From positions 672,001 to 736,000 of the forward strand of contig CAVRVY010000001.1 of assembly GCA_963724765.1 (NCBI GenBank): a DNA stretch of 64,000 nt, in the 5' to 3' direction. The DNA comes from an uncultured delta proteobacterium (GTDB taxonomy: Bacteria > Desulfobacterota > Binatia > Binatales > Binataceae). The notes under the pieces are model-generated. The model had not been told where the DNA came from, did not search any database, and was given only the letters and a program-made list of their open reading frames with translations. Numbering within the stretch: the stretch's first letter is position 1; each line of letters begins with the position of its first letter. This document shows positions 20,731 to 30,326 of this stretch, piece after piece. Position numbers and translations under genes: made by a program.

Positions 20731-21010
20731 CAGTTCGAAGGTCGCAGCCGGCCTGGACGGAAGTCTTTGACCGCGCGGCGGCGGTTGTCGGACAACGGAC
20801 CGAATTAACCATCTGGTGCCCAGATTTGCAGCACCTGTCCAATTTTTTCCTGACACAATTCACAAAATACTCAAGTTGACTCGCTAACAGACGCTGCCAA
20901 CAGGCGGCTGTCCGGCTCCGAGTCACGGATTCAGGGTAAATTCCCGCTGAAATCGGCGATCTACGCGCTTGTGCTCGACTTTGTGCTCACAAGGGCATCG
21001 CGCCGCATCT

Positions 21011-21026
21011 CGGCACAACCGTTGCT
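21011..21026 (+). promoter_or_regulatory. Candidate sigma54 (-24/-12) promoter
   Basis: CGGCACAACCGTTGCT has exact GG-N10-GC spacing, about 60 bp upstream of ATG 21087. Confidence 0.6.
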
Positions 21027-21086
21027 CATACAGATTCAGTCAATGCCTTGAGCGGCTCGCTGACGTAAACCATAGGGCGAAGAACG

Positions 21087-21683
21087 ATGCAATTGGAAAG
21101 TAGCGCGATCGCGGCCATCATGATCCCTGATGCCTTGACCCCAGGGCAGTATTACGACGGCATGCGCGCGGACGATTCCCTCGGCCGCCCGATCAAACGT
21201 TTAATGCTGGCGGTGCTGGAAGACGCGATGCGTTGCTATCAGAACTACACCAGCTCGCGCAGCCGCGCCCAGCGCCGCCTGTTCGTCGAGGCCGAGGCAT
21301 GGCTCATGGATCGCAAAGCCGACGGTGCTTTTGCCTTCGAAACCGTCTGCGAGAACCTCGGAATCGATCCCAGTTGCCTGCGCGAGGGCTTGCGCCGGTG
21401 GCGCGCGCAGCAACTCGATGGCAAGAATCCGTTCCGCCTGGCGCGCCGATCGCCGGTGACCCGCGTCGGCCGGATAAGCGCGCCGCTTAAGCGCCGTAAG
21501 CGCAAGCTTGACGGCGGCATCGCGGTCGCGATCAATGGCCATGGCCTTGCCCATCACGTCAACACCGTTGCGCATGAGATCGTCGCCTACGACGGCGAAA
21601 TGGAAAACGTCAACGGCGCCGCGTCGGGCGCCGACGTGAACGTTCCAGCGCCGATCGAGATCCAGGAAGTCGCTCTGGCCTAA
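21087..21683 (+). CDS. Hypothetical protein ('LMLAVLEDA...EAEAW...F.FE.VC..LGIDP' type)
   Basis: Clean 198-aa ORF with host-like codon usage. Function unknown. Confidence 0.75.
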   Translation: MQLESSAIAAIMIPDALTPGQYYDGMRADDSLGRPIKRLMLAVLEDAMRCYQNYTSSRSRAQRRLFVEAEAWLMDRKADGAFAFETVCENLGIDPSCLREGLRRWRAQQLDGKNPFRLARRSPVTRVGRISAPLKRRKRKLDGGIAVAINGHGLAHHVNTVAHEIVAYDGEMENVNGAASGADVNVPAPIEIQEVALA

Positions 21684-21795
21684 GCGGCCTCGCGGGAAAT
21701 CCGAAACAAACAAATTTGCTCGCCTGCTCCCTGGGGAGAGCGTTGCAATACTGTGATCGGATAGTTACCTACGCAACGCTGGTCGGCGAAGCCGC

Positions 21796-22791
21796 TTATC
21801 GGGCCTGCCACAAGATGCGCCCGCTCTGTTCGACGCGGCGCGCGCGCCCTTCGACGCGCGAGTACTCCAGGTGCGCGAGGGTCTCGAACGTCGCCGCCAT
21901 CACGTGGAAAATCGGCCGGTCCTCGTCGCCGAAGATTTCCTGCGCCACCTCAAAGGCGGTGTGCGGCGTGCGCTTGATCAGGTCGAGCATCTCGGCCTCG
22001 CGATAGCGATGATGTTCGATGAGTTGGTTGGCGCGATGGCGATGGTCCTGGTAGACGGCGCCGTGAGCGGGCAGCACCAGTTCGACCTCAAAGTTCTGTA
22101 CCTTGAGTTGCGAGTCGATGAAGTCGCTCAGCGGATTGGTCGGGCCCGAGGGATAGATGCCGACGTGCGGGGTGATGCGCGGCAGCAGATGGTCGCCGAC
22201 GATCATCACCTTCTCCTTGCGCAGGTAAATCACGCTATGCCCGGGCGCGTGGCCCGGCGTCCAGATGATCTCGAAGCGCCGCTCGCCCACGGCGATCACG
22301 TCGCCGTCATGCAGGAACTCGTCGGGCTGCGGCACCGGGTTGTACTGCTCGGTGCCCATCCACGCCGGCCGCATTCCTTCCAACGGATAGCGATCGATCG
22401 GAAATCCGTGGCCGGTGAAAAACGCGTGTACCGCAGGATCGGCCGACGGCGTCGCCATCAGGTTAAGCATCCGGTTGACCCGCTCGACTTCGAGGTCGTG
22501 CAGGTAGGTGCGGGCGTGGCTCAGCCCCTTGATCGTTGCCGAGGCGCCGAAATGGTCGACGTGATGATGGGTGCCGAGCAAAACCGTGAGGTCTTCCACT
22601 CTGGTCCCTGCCTGCGCAAAGGCGTCCTTCAGCGTGGCCACGCTGTCGGCCGTGTTCATGCCGGTATCGACCAGCACCCATTGGCCGCCGCCGCAATCAA
22701 TCAGGTAGACGTTGACGATCGTCGGCCGCATCGGCAGCGGCAGAAAGAGTTCGTAGATCCCGCGCTGTACTTCTGAGATCTTGGCTGGCAT
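21796..22791 (-). CDS. MBL-fold metallo-hydrolase with a C-terminal winged helix
   Basis: 'THHHVDH', 'TPGHAPGH', 'GDH', 'PAHG', 'ETLAHL'. Confidence 0.92.
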   Translation of the reverse strand: MPAKISEVQRGIYELFLPLPMRPTIVNVYLIDCGGGQWVLVDTGMNTADSVATLKDAFAQAGTRVEDLTVLLGTHHHVDHFGASATIKGLSHARTYLHDLEVERVNRMLNLMATPSADPAVHAFFTGHGFPIDRYPLEGMRPAWMGTEQYNPVPQPDEFLHDGDVIAVGERRFEIIWTPGHAPGHSVIYLRKEKVMIVGDHLLPRITPHVGIYPSGPTNPLSDFIDSQLKVQNFEVELVLPAHGAVYQDHRHRANQLIEHHRYREAEMLDLIKRTPHTAFEVAQEIFGDEDRPIFHVMAATFETLAHLEYSRVEGRARRVEQSGRILWQAR

Positions 22792-22942
22792 CGCTTCAGG
22801 TCTTCAGGGCGGCCCTTGCGCGTGGCCGCGTGAATTGTCGGCCCGCTGCCGCCCGGCCAGAGCCCGGCGCCTTAATCTATTCCTTTCCGATCTTGCGCGC
22901 CGGCAAAATGACCGATCGCGGAACCGGAGGCGCTCGGGCGGG

Positions 22943-23155
22943 TTACTCGTGGAGCTGATCCTTTACCTGGAAGGTAAGCTTAACCGTCACCTTCCAGCGT
23001 GTCACCTTGTTGTGCTCGACCTCGGCCGCGATGTTGGTTACCTGGGCCGTGTGCACGCCGGAGATCGTCACCGCGGCGCGCGCGACCGCCAGGTCCACCG
23101 CGTGCTCGATCGACTCGGTCGAACTGCCGGTGAGCTCGATTGTCTTTTCAACCAT
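22943..23155 (-). CDS. Dodecin family flavin-binding protein
   Basis: 'KTIELTGSSTESIEHAV..AV.RA..T' and 'WKVTVKLTF'; 70 aa. Confidence 0.9.
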   Translation of the reverse strand: MVEKTIELTGSSTESIEHAVDLAVARAAVTISGVHTAQVTNIAAEVEHNKVTRWKVTVKLTFQVKDQLHE

Positions 23156-23279
23156 GGAGGTCCTCGCTCCTTGAGCGCCGCGGCACTGCCATTTGACGCG
23201 CCCGCACGCGCGGCGTTAGGGTTGAGCCCTGCGCGACTCATTACGTCACACAGGGAACCCAAAGACAAGGCGGACATTC

Positions 23280-25415
23280 ATGAGCTACGATCGTTCGGCG
23301 GTACGGGCAGTAATCGAGGCGGCAAGAGGGGACGGGCGAAACGCGCTTTCGCCGGCCGAATGCAGGACGCTATGCGAAGCTTGCGCCATCGTGCTGCCCA
23401 TGACGGCCACGGCATCGTCCGCCGCCGAGGCCGGCCGCGCCGCCGGCGCGCTCGGCTTTCCGGTGGTGATGAAAATCGTCTCACCCGACATCCTGCACAA
23501 GACCGAAGCTGGAGGTGTCGTACTCAACGTGCGGAGCGCGGCCGAAGCCGAGCGGGCCTATGAAAAGATCGTCGCCGGCGCGCGCGCTTACAAGCCTGAG
23601 GCCAAGATCGCCGGAGTCGAAATCCAGCAGATGCTCTCCGGCGGCCAGGAGGTGATCGTCGGCGCCACGGCCGATCCAAGCTTCGGCAAGGTAGTGGCCT
23701 TCGGGCTGGGCGGCGTGCTGGTCGAAGTGCTCAAGGACATCACGTTTCGCCTGGCGCCGGCGAGCCGCGACGAGGCGCTCTCGATGATAAACGGGATCGC
23801 GGCGGCCGAGATCCTTAACGGCGTGCGCGGCGCAGCCGCAGTCGACAAGCGCGCGCTCGCCGCGATCATCGAGACCGTGTCGATTCTCGCCGCCGACTTT
23901 CCGGAAATTACCGAACTCGACCTCAACCCGGTGCTGGCGCGGCCCGACGGCGCGGTGGCGCTGGACGTGCGCGTGCTGCTCGACTTCGCGCCGCCCGCCG
24001 AGCGCTTCAGGCCCTCGCGCGAGGAAATCCTGCGCGCGATGAACCGGATCATGCGCCCGCAGGCGATCGCGGTGATCGGCGCGTCGGCCGAAGACGGCAA
24101 GATCGGCAACTCGGTGATGAAGAACCTCATCAACGGCGGTTTCGAGGGCAAAATTTATCCGATTCATCCCAAGCTGCCGGAAGTGATGGGGTGCAAGGCT
24201 TATCGCAGCGTGAAAGAGGTGGCCGGCGCGATCGACGTCGCGGTGTTTGCGATTCCGGCGCCGCTAGTCGCGGGCGCGCTCAAGGAGTGCGGCGAGAAAA
24301 AAATTCCCGGCGCGGTGCTGATCCCCTCGGGCTTCGCCGAGACCGGCAACGTCGAGCTGCAGAACGAGATCGTCAAAATCGGACGCCAATACAACGTGCG
24401 CCTGATGGGCCCGAACATCTACGGCTTCTACTACCTGCCGCGCAGGCTGTGCGCGACCTTCTGCACGCCCTACGACGTGCTGGGCAAGGCGGCGCTCTCC
24501 TCGCAAAGCGGCGGCGTCGGGATGGCGATCGTCGGGTTTAGCCGCTCGACCCGGATGGGCGTCTCGGCGATCGTCGGCCTGGGCAACAAGTCCGACCTCG
24601 ACGAGGACGACCTGCTGACTTTTTTCGAGCAGGACGACGACACCCAGGTGATCGCGATGCACGTCGAGGACTTAAAGGACGGCCGCTCGTTCGCCGAAGT
24701 CGCCAAACGCGTGTCGCGCAAAAAGCCGGTGATCGTGCTCAAGGCCGGCCGCACCGCGCTCGGCGCGCGCGCCGCGCGCTCGCACACCGCGGCGCTGGCC
24801 GGCAACGATCGTATCTACGAGGACGTGCTGCGCCAGTCCGGCGTGGTGCGCGCCCGCGCGCTCAACGACATGCTCGAGTTCGCACGATGCCTGCCGATCA
24901 TGGCGGCGCCCAAGGGCGAGAACGTGCTGATCATCACGGGCGCCGGCGGCTCCGGCGTGCTGCTCTCGGATGCCTGCGTCGATAATGGCCTCAAGCTGAT
25001 GGAGATGCCGCCCGACCTCGACGCGGCCTTTCGCAAGTTCATCCCGCCCTTCGGCGCGGCCGGCAACCCGGTCGACATCACCGGCGGCGAGCCTCCCGCA
25101 ACTTACCGCAATACGCTTCGCTTGGGGTTGGAGGAGCCGCGCATCCACGCGCTCATCCTCGGCTACTGGCACACCATCATCACGCCGCCGCTGGTATTCG
25201 CAAAACTTGTGACCGAAGTAGTCGAGGAGATGCGCGCCAAGGGAATCGACAAGCCGATCGTGGCCTCGCTGGTCGGCGACGTCGAGGTCGAACAGGCGTG
25301 CCGCGTGCTGTTCGAGCACAATATCCCTGCGTATCCGTACACGACCGAGAAGCCGGTGATGGTGCTGGGGGCGAAGTATCAATGGGCGCGCTCCGCGGGT
25401 CTGGTCGGGAGCTGA
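23280..25415 (+). CDS. ADP-forming acetate/acyl-CoA ligase family protein (ATP-grasp N-terminal, CoA-binding C-terminal)
   Basis: 'KIVSPDILHKTEAGGV', 'LDLNPV', 'IAVIGAS', 'SQSGG', phospho-His 'SHTAALAG', 'NPVD'. Confidence 0.92.
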   Translation: MSYDRSAVRAVIEAARGDGRNALSPAECRTLCEACAIVLPMTATASSAAEAGRAAGALGFPVVMKIVSPDILHKTEAGGVVLNVRSAAEAERAYEKIVAGARAYKPEAKIAGVEIQQMLSGGQEVIVGATADPSFGKVVAFGLGGVLVEVLKDITFRLAPASRDEALSMINGIAAAEILNGVRGAAAVDKRALAAIIETVSILAADFPEITELDLNPVLARPDGAVALDVRVLLDFAPPAERFRPSREEILRAMNRIMRPQAIAVIGASAEDGKIGNSVMKNLINGGFEGKIYPIHPKLPEVMGCKAYRSVKEVAGAIDVAVFAIPAPLVAGALKECGEKKIPGAVLIPSGFAETGNVELQNEIVKIGRQYNVRLMGPNIYGFYYLPRRLCATFCTPYDVLGKAALSSQSGGVGMAIVGFSRSTRMGVSAIVGLGNKSDLDEDDLLTFFEQDDDTQVIAMHVEDLKDGRSFAEVAKRVSRKKPVIVLKAGRTALGARAARSHTAALAGNDRIYEDVLRQSGVVRARALNDMLEFARCLPIMAAPKGENVLIITGAGGSGVLLSDACVDNGLKLMEMPPDLDAAFRKFIPPFGAAGNPVDITGGEPPATYRNTLRLGLEEPRIHALILGYWHTIITPPLVFAKLVTEVVEEMRAKGIDKPIVASLVGDVEVEQACRVLFEHNIPAYPYTTEKPVMVLGAKYQWARSAGLVGS

Positions 25416-25456
25416 TCGCGACGGACCTGGCCGCTGTGCGGAACGAACAAAGGTGA

Positions 25457-25485
25457 TTGACGCAATCCGGTATGGAAGATAATTT
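25457..25485 (+). promoter_or_regulatory. Candidate sigma70 promoter
   Basis: TTGACG-N17-TAATTT, about 50 bp upstream of the beta-helix gene, which has a GGAGG RBS. Confidence 0.4.
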
Positions 25486-25535
25486 CTGCCCAATTTGAAA
25501 CGGGACGCGTGTCATGACTCCGGGGAGGTCAGGCG

Positions 25536-26708
25536 ATGCGTTGGATTGGGGGAAAGGAGTTCTCGCGGCGAACCCGCCTCGGAATCTGGTTTTTCGCACG
25601 AAGAAGTTGGCGAGCAGTGGCGGCCGTCGCTGTCATGTGGACGGCCGTCGCGATGCTCGTGGTGCAGCCGGCCGAGGCGCTGCCGGTCTGCCATCACAGC
25701 TTCAGCACCTGCTGTGAGATCACGAGCGGCGGGACTTATTCGCTCACGAGCAGTATTTCCACCAGTGCCAGCACGGACTGTATCGTCGTCAATGCCGCCA
25801 GCGTCTCGCTCTATCTGGACGGGAATAACGTGCAGTCGTCGGCGAATTCCGGCATTGGAGTGCACGTGATGCCAACCGCCTCCGCGGTGGTTGTAGTCGG
25901 CGGCGGGCTCTTGTCGTCTATCGTGTCAGGTTTCGCCACGGGACTCGAGAACGATGCGCCCGGCACGCTGGTCTACGACTTTGCGACCGAAAACAACCAT
26001 CTGGGGATCGTCAACAGCGGGGCCAACGCGATTTTCCTGTTAGTCGGCGCGCAGAGTAACACGGGCAATGGCATCGTGATCAGCAATGGTACCGGCGTCC
26101 GCCTCAACAATTTCGAAACGGACAGCAACACCGGCAACGGGGTCGTGCTGTACAACGCAAGTGGCGCAGTGCTGTCGGCGTTTGATGCCAGCAGCAACTT
26201 CGCCGGGGTCAAAATTTACGGGGGCGGCTCGAACACGCTCGCTTCCTTTACCAGCGACAACAACCGGGCGAGCGGCGTCTGGATCGACGGCGGTGGGGAA
26301 AACACCGTCACCGCCTTTGACTCCAGCAACAATTCCGAAGGCGCGGGAATCCAGATATACGCGAGCGACCACAACAGTATCAGTGGTTATGCCGGGCTCG
26401 GCAGTCCGTTCACCGCGAACGGCAACGGGCGGAGCGGAGTTTATATTGGATGCTCGGCGAGCGCCACGCCGAGCAGTGTGACGTGCGCGTCAATGGGGCT
26501 CCCGCCAAGCAACGGCAACAGCGTCCTGGACGGTGAGGTCGGCAACAACAGCTCTGCGGGGGTTGGCATCGATAAGGGCAACGGCGGGAATAAGATCGTG
26601 TCCGTCAGCAGCTCGGGCAACCATCCCGACGACTCCGTGGACGACAACCCGACCTGCGTGAACGTCTTCCTCAACGACAGTTTCACAACCTCCACCGGCC
26701 CCTGCTGA
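25536..26708 (+). CDS. Secreted right-handed parallel beta-helix repeat protein
   Basis: Signal ending 'AEA'. Repeated 'SN..NGI.I' / 'N..SGV.I' Asn-ladder motifs and several Cys. Confidence 0.8.
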   Translation: MRWIGGKEFSRRTRLGIWFFARRSWRAVAAVAVMWTAVAMLVVQPAEALPVCHHSFSTCCEITSGGTYSLTSSISTSASTDCIVVNAASVSLYLDGNNVQSSANSGIGVHVMPTASAVVVVGGGLLSSIVSGFATGLENDAPGTLVYDFATENNHLGIVNSGANAIFLLVGAQSNTGNGIVISNGTGVRLNNFETDSNTGNGVVLYNASGAVLSAFDASSNFAGVKIYGGGSNTLASFTSDNNRASGVWIDGGGENTVTAFDSSNNSEGAGIQIYASDHNSISGYAGLGSPFTANGNGRSGVYIGCSASATPSSVTCASMGLPPSNGNSVLDGEVGNNSSAGVGIDKGNGGNKIVSVSSSGNHPDDSVDDNPTCVNVFLNDSFTTSTGPC

Positions 26709-26756
26709 GCCGCGGGCACCACCGGGCAAGGCGATCGTGGTCTCGCGCCGACGTGT

Positions 26757-27158
26757 CTACTTTTCTTTCTTCTCGAACTTCAGCGACGCCGAATTCATGC
26801 AATAGCGCAGTCCCGTCGGGTTCGGGCCGTCGTCGAAGACGTGTCCCAGATGCGCGCCGCAGCGGCTGCACGTCACCTCCGTCCGCACCATCCCGTAACT
26901 CTCGTCCACCGCGTTTTCGACCTTGCTCTCGTCCTTGGGAGCATAGAAGCTCGGCCATCCGCATCCCGAATCGAATTTGGTCTCGGAGTTGAACAGTTCG
27001 TTGCCGCAACAGACACAGAGATAAATGCCCTGGTCATGAAAATCCCAGTATTGACCGGTAAATGCGCGCTCGGTGCCTTTCTTGCGCGTGACCTCGAACT
27101 GCTCGGAGGTTAGGAGCTTTTTCCACTCCTCATCGGTTTTGACGATCTTCTCGGCCAT
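26757..27158 (-). CDS. msrB: Peptide-methionine (R)-S-oxide reductase
   Basis: 'GTERAFTG', '[11 protein letters not shown]', '[25 protein letters not shown]'. Confidence 0.97.
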   Translation of the reverse strand: MAEKIVKTDEEWKKLLTSEQFEVTRKKGTERAFTGQYWDFHDQGIYLCVCCGNELFNSETKFDSGCGWPSFYAPKDESKVENAVDESYGMVRTEVTCSRCGAHLGHVFDDGPNPTGLRYCMNSASLKFEKKEK

Positions 27159-27240
27159 ATGCTTTTACCTCCACGGCGATGAAGCCCACACGCCAATTCC
27201 AGCACATCGCTGCGCCGTGCGTAAGTGAAAGCGAAAAGGC

Positions 27241-27270
27241 AAAAAGAAGCCGCGAGTTTCCGCCCGCGGC
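27241..27270 (-). terminator. Rho-independent terminator
   Basis: Minus strand GCCGCGGG-CGGAAA-CTCGCGGC followed by TTCTTTTT, just downstream of the 27298 stop. Confidence 0.7.
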
Positions 27271-27297
27271 CGTTTGCAATCCCTGGCAGTCGAAAAA

Positions 27298-27765
27298 TCA
27301 GTGCAACGCCGGCTGCGCGGGAGGCGTGGTAAGAGGCGCCAGCGGCGGAGGCACCGCGACCGGACCGACCGGCGTGCGTTCGATGTAAGTCGGGGGCGCG
27401 GAACCCTCGACCGCCGAACTTGACGAAGCCGTGTTGGCCGGCGGCACCGGCTCGATCGGCGCGACATTCGAGCCCGGGTTGTACATTTCGCTGTACTCGG
27501 TATCGCCGCTCAATACCGGCGCGAGCGCGGTCTTGGTCGCGAGGTAGTGCAGCGGGCGCGTCACGCCCCACTCCAGCGCGTAGCCAAGCGGCGCAAGGAT
27601 ATAGCTGAACACCTTGAGCGGCTGGCCGTCCTCGGTGTCGGTGTACTCTTGGGGATTCTGCTTATCGTTGTATGGGCCCTGCTGCGCGAGCGCCCTGGCG
27701 GTCATCGTCACCGCCGGGATTGTCATCGACAGGACCACGACCATGCAAAACATTAAACGCCGCAT
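27298..27765 (-). CDS. Secreted hypothetical protein with a Pro-rich tail
   Basis: Signal peptide ending 'ALA', core 'PL...SYILAPLGYALEWGVTRPLHY', followed by a terminator. Confidence 0.75.
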   Translation of the reverse strand: MRRLMFCMVVVLSMTIPAVTMTARALAQQGPYNDKQNPQEYTDTEDGQPLKVFSYILAPLGYALEWGVTRPLHYLATKTALAPVLSGDTEYSEMYNPGSNVAPIEPVPPANTASSSSAVEGSAPPTYIERTPVGPVAVPPPLAPLTTPPAQPALH

Positions 27766-27863
27766 AACAATAGTTTGTGTCCCACGTATGGTTTATGTCA
27801 ATGGTCGAAAGGCGCCGCCGGTCATCAGAGCTTTCGCCGCGCGCCCGCGATACCAGGCCTAAA

Positions 27864-28706
27864 ATGCGCAGCTACTCGGCGACGCCGACAACTCGCGCGC
27901 TCACTGCGACCGGCGGGTTCCTGGACGGCTTCAGTTACTCGCTCAACCCCTACGTTGGATGCGCCTTCGGCGATCGCGGCGGATGTCCATTCTGTTACGT
28001 GCGAGCGCTGCCGGTGGCGCGCGCGCAGGCGGGGCCGTGGGGCGCGTGGGTAATCGCGAAGTCCAATCTGCTCGAATTGCTCGCGCGCGAGCTTCGCGCG
28101 CTGGAACAATCGGGAAAGCTCGAGCGCGCGGCCGTCTTCATGTCGAGCGCGACCGATCCGTACCAGGGGATGGAGCGGCGGATGCGCCTGACGCGCGGCG
28201 CCTTGGAGTTGTTCGTGCGGCGGCCGCCGCGCCGCGTGCTGTTGCAGACCCGGAGCCCGATGATCGAGCGCGACCTCGATTTGCTCGTGCAGCTCGGCCC
28301 GCGGCTCATCGCCTCGATAACCGTCGAGACCGACGACGAGCAGGTGCGCCGCGCGGTCACGCCGACCTCGCCGTCAATTGCGCGGCGGCTGGCGGCGGCG
28401 CGCCGGCTGCGCGCAGCCGGCGTGTTCGTCCAGCTCGCGGTGGCGCCGATGATGCCCAATCATCCGGAGCGCCTGGCCGCGCTGGCTGACGGCGCAGCCG
28501 ACCGCGTCGTGGTCGATACGTACTTCGACGGCGACGGCTCGGGCGGCCGGCGCTCGCGAGCGCTTAAGATGGGCGAGCTGTATGCGCGGCTGGGCTACGA
28601 GGGATGGTTCCAGCCGGGCGCGGAGCGCGATTTGATGGCGGCGATGCGCGCGCGGCTGGGCGAGGAGCGGGTGCTGTTCAGCCGCGAGGGATTTAACGCG
28701 GTGTAG
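27864..28706 (+). CDS. Radical SAM protein, SplB/spore photoproduct lyase-like family
   Basis: 'SLNPYVGC..C..CY', 'FMSSATDPYQ..E', 'QTRSP...RD'. The Cys motif is CX7CX2C. Confidence 0.88.
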   Translation: MRSYSATPTTRALTATGGFLDGFSYSLNPYVGCAFGDRGGCPFCYVRALPVARAQAGPWGAWVIAKSNLLELLARELRALEQSGKLERAAVFMSSATDPYQGMERRMRLTRGALELFVRRPPRRVLLQTRSPMIERDLDLLVQLGPRLIASITVETDDEQVRRAVTPTSPSIARRLAAARRLRAAGVFVQLAVAPMMPNHPERLAALADGAADRVVVDTYFDGDGSGGRRSRALKMGELYARLGYEGWFQPGAERDLMAAMRARLGEERVLFSREGFNAV

Positions 28707-28811
28707 GAACCCTTCGTTGCGGACATTACCCGGCGCGCGCCCACTTGTGGCATAAGGACGGGACCAACGAACGGAGTCAACGCTCCGCATCCGATTAGGG
28801 AGAGTGCGCCG

Positions 28812-29849
28812 ATGGACTTTGGAATCCTATTGCCGTTTCGAAACCCCGCGCAATGGAACCGGCCGATAACTGAAGTTTACGACCAGCATCTTGAGGAAGC
28901 CGTGCTGGCGGAAGAACTGGGATACGATCACGTCTGGACCACCGAGCATCATTTCTACGACGACGCCTGGTCGCCGTCGCTGTTGCCGATTCTCTCCGCC
29001 ATCGCCCAGCGCACCAGCCGCATCCGTTTGGGCACCTTCATCATCATCCTGCCCTTTCATCATCCGGTCCGCGTGGCCGAGGATGCTGCGACGGTCGATA
29101 TCCTCTCAAAGGGGCGATTGGACCTGGGCGTTGGCCAGGGCTACGTAGTCAGCGAGTTCGATAGCTTCCGTATTCCGCGCAGTCAGCGTGGCGGACGAGT
29201 CGAGGAGGGCGTGGAGCTGATCAGGCGCTGCTTCACCGAAGAGAATTTTTCTTTCGAGGGCAAGTACTACCAGATGAAAAACGTGAATCTGACGCCCAAG
29301 CCGGTGCAGAAGCCCTATCCGCCAATCTGGATCGCGGCGATGGCGGAAAAGTCGGTCTCACGCGTGGCACGCACGGGATATCATCTGGCCGGCAGTGGCG
29401 GAGTCGATCTCCAGAAGATGTACGATGCGGGACTGCGCAGCCACGGCCATGACGTCGCGAGCCATTACATCGCGCAACTGCGCGCGGTCTATGTGGCCGA
29501 GACGCGCGAGCAGGCGTGGGACGACGCTGAGGAGCATCTGTACTACATGATGACGGCGTACGACCGCCGCTTTAAGGAAGCCAACGATCTGCCGTGGAGC
29601 GAGGCGGTTTTCTCGCGCTCGGACGTTCCGCCGCCGGGCGAGATGCGCAACACGCCGGGCCTTAGTTTCTTTCAGGCGCCGCTCGCGGTTGGAACTCCCG
29701 ATGACGTGGTGCGGGATTTGCGCCGATACAGCGAGGCGGGCCGGGTGACGCATCTGGTGATGTGGATGCAGTTGCCCGGGATGCCGGCGCACAAGGCGCG
29801 CCGCTCGATGGAATTGTTTGCGAAAGAAGTGATGCCGCGACTGCGCTGA
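28812..29849 (+). CDS. LLM-class flavin-dependent oxidoreductase
   Basis: 'AEELGYDHVWTTEHH', 'HPVRVAEDAATVD.LS.GR', 'PKPVQKPYPPIW', 'FAKEVMP'. Confidence 0.93.
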   Translation: MDFGILLPFRNPAQWNRPITEVYDQHLEEAVLAEELGYDHVWTTEHHFYDDAWSPSLLPILSAIAQRTSRIRLGTFIIILPFHHPVRVAEDAATVDILSKGRLDLGVGQGYVVSEFDSFRIPRSQRGGRVEEGVELIRRCFTEENFSFEGKYYQMKNVNLTPKPVQKPYPPIWIAAMAEKSVSRVARTGYHLAGSGGVDLQKMYDAGLRSHGHDVASHYIAQLRAVYVAETREQAWDDAEEHLYYMMTAYDRRFKEANDLPWSEAVFSRSDVPPPGEMRNTPGLSFFQAPLAVGTPDDVVRDLRRYSEAGRVTHLVMWMQLPGMPAHKARRSMELFAKEVMPRLR

Positions 29850-29905
29850 CGCAGGCGGTTACTGCGACGACGCGAGGCGACGCGTTCCTTGTGGTCTTGC
29901 GCCAG

Positions 29906-30154
29906 TCAGTGCTGCGGCGATGGGCTCTTGACCAGATGCACGATGCCGACCAGGACGATCGCGCCCACCGTCGCCATCGCCAAGTGCCCGAGTCCGCTGT
30001 AAACCGGAATATTGAGCGCGCCGAAGATCCAGTTGCCGATTACCGCGCCTACCAGGCCGAGCAGAATGTCGGCGAACATCCCATAACCCTTGCCGCGGAT
30101 TATCTTGCCCGCCAGCCATCCCGCGATTAATCCGATAATGATTGCGCCGATCAT
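29906..30154 (-). CDS. GlsB/YeaQ/YmgE (transglycosylase-associated) membrane protein
   Basis: 'IIGLIAGWLAG.I..G.G.G...DILLG.VGA.IG...ATVGAIVL'. GGAGG RBS. Confidence 0.92.
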   Translation of the reverse strand: MIGAIIIGLIAGWLAGKIIRGKGYGMFADILLGLVGAVIGNWIFGALNIPVYSGLGHLAMATVGAIVLVGIVHLVKSPSPQH

Positions 30155-30326
30155 GCGATGGAGCCTCCTTGTGATGAAAGGTCTGTGTATGACGAAAACG
30201 CCGGAGCTCGCACCGGCCACGATCTATTCGAAGCCGCGAACGACCTGACCCGCAGCACCTTTCCTAAACGGAAAGGGAGTAAAGCTTTTTTGCTCCTCTC
30301 AGTTCGGTGCGCGTCGCCAATCACGC

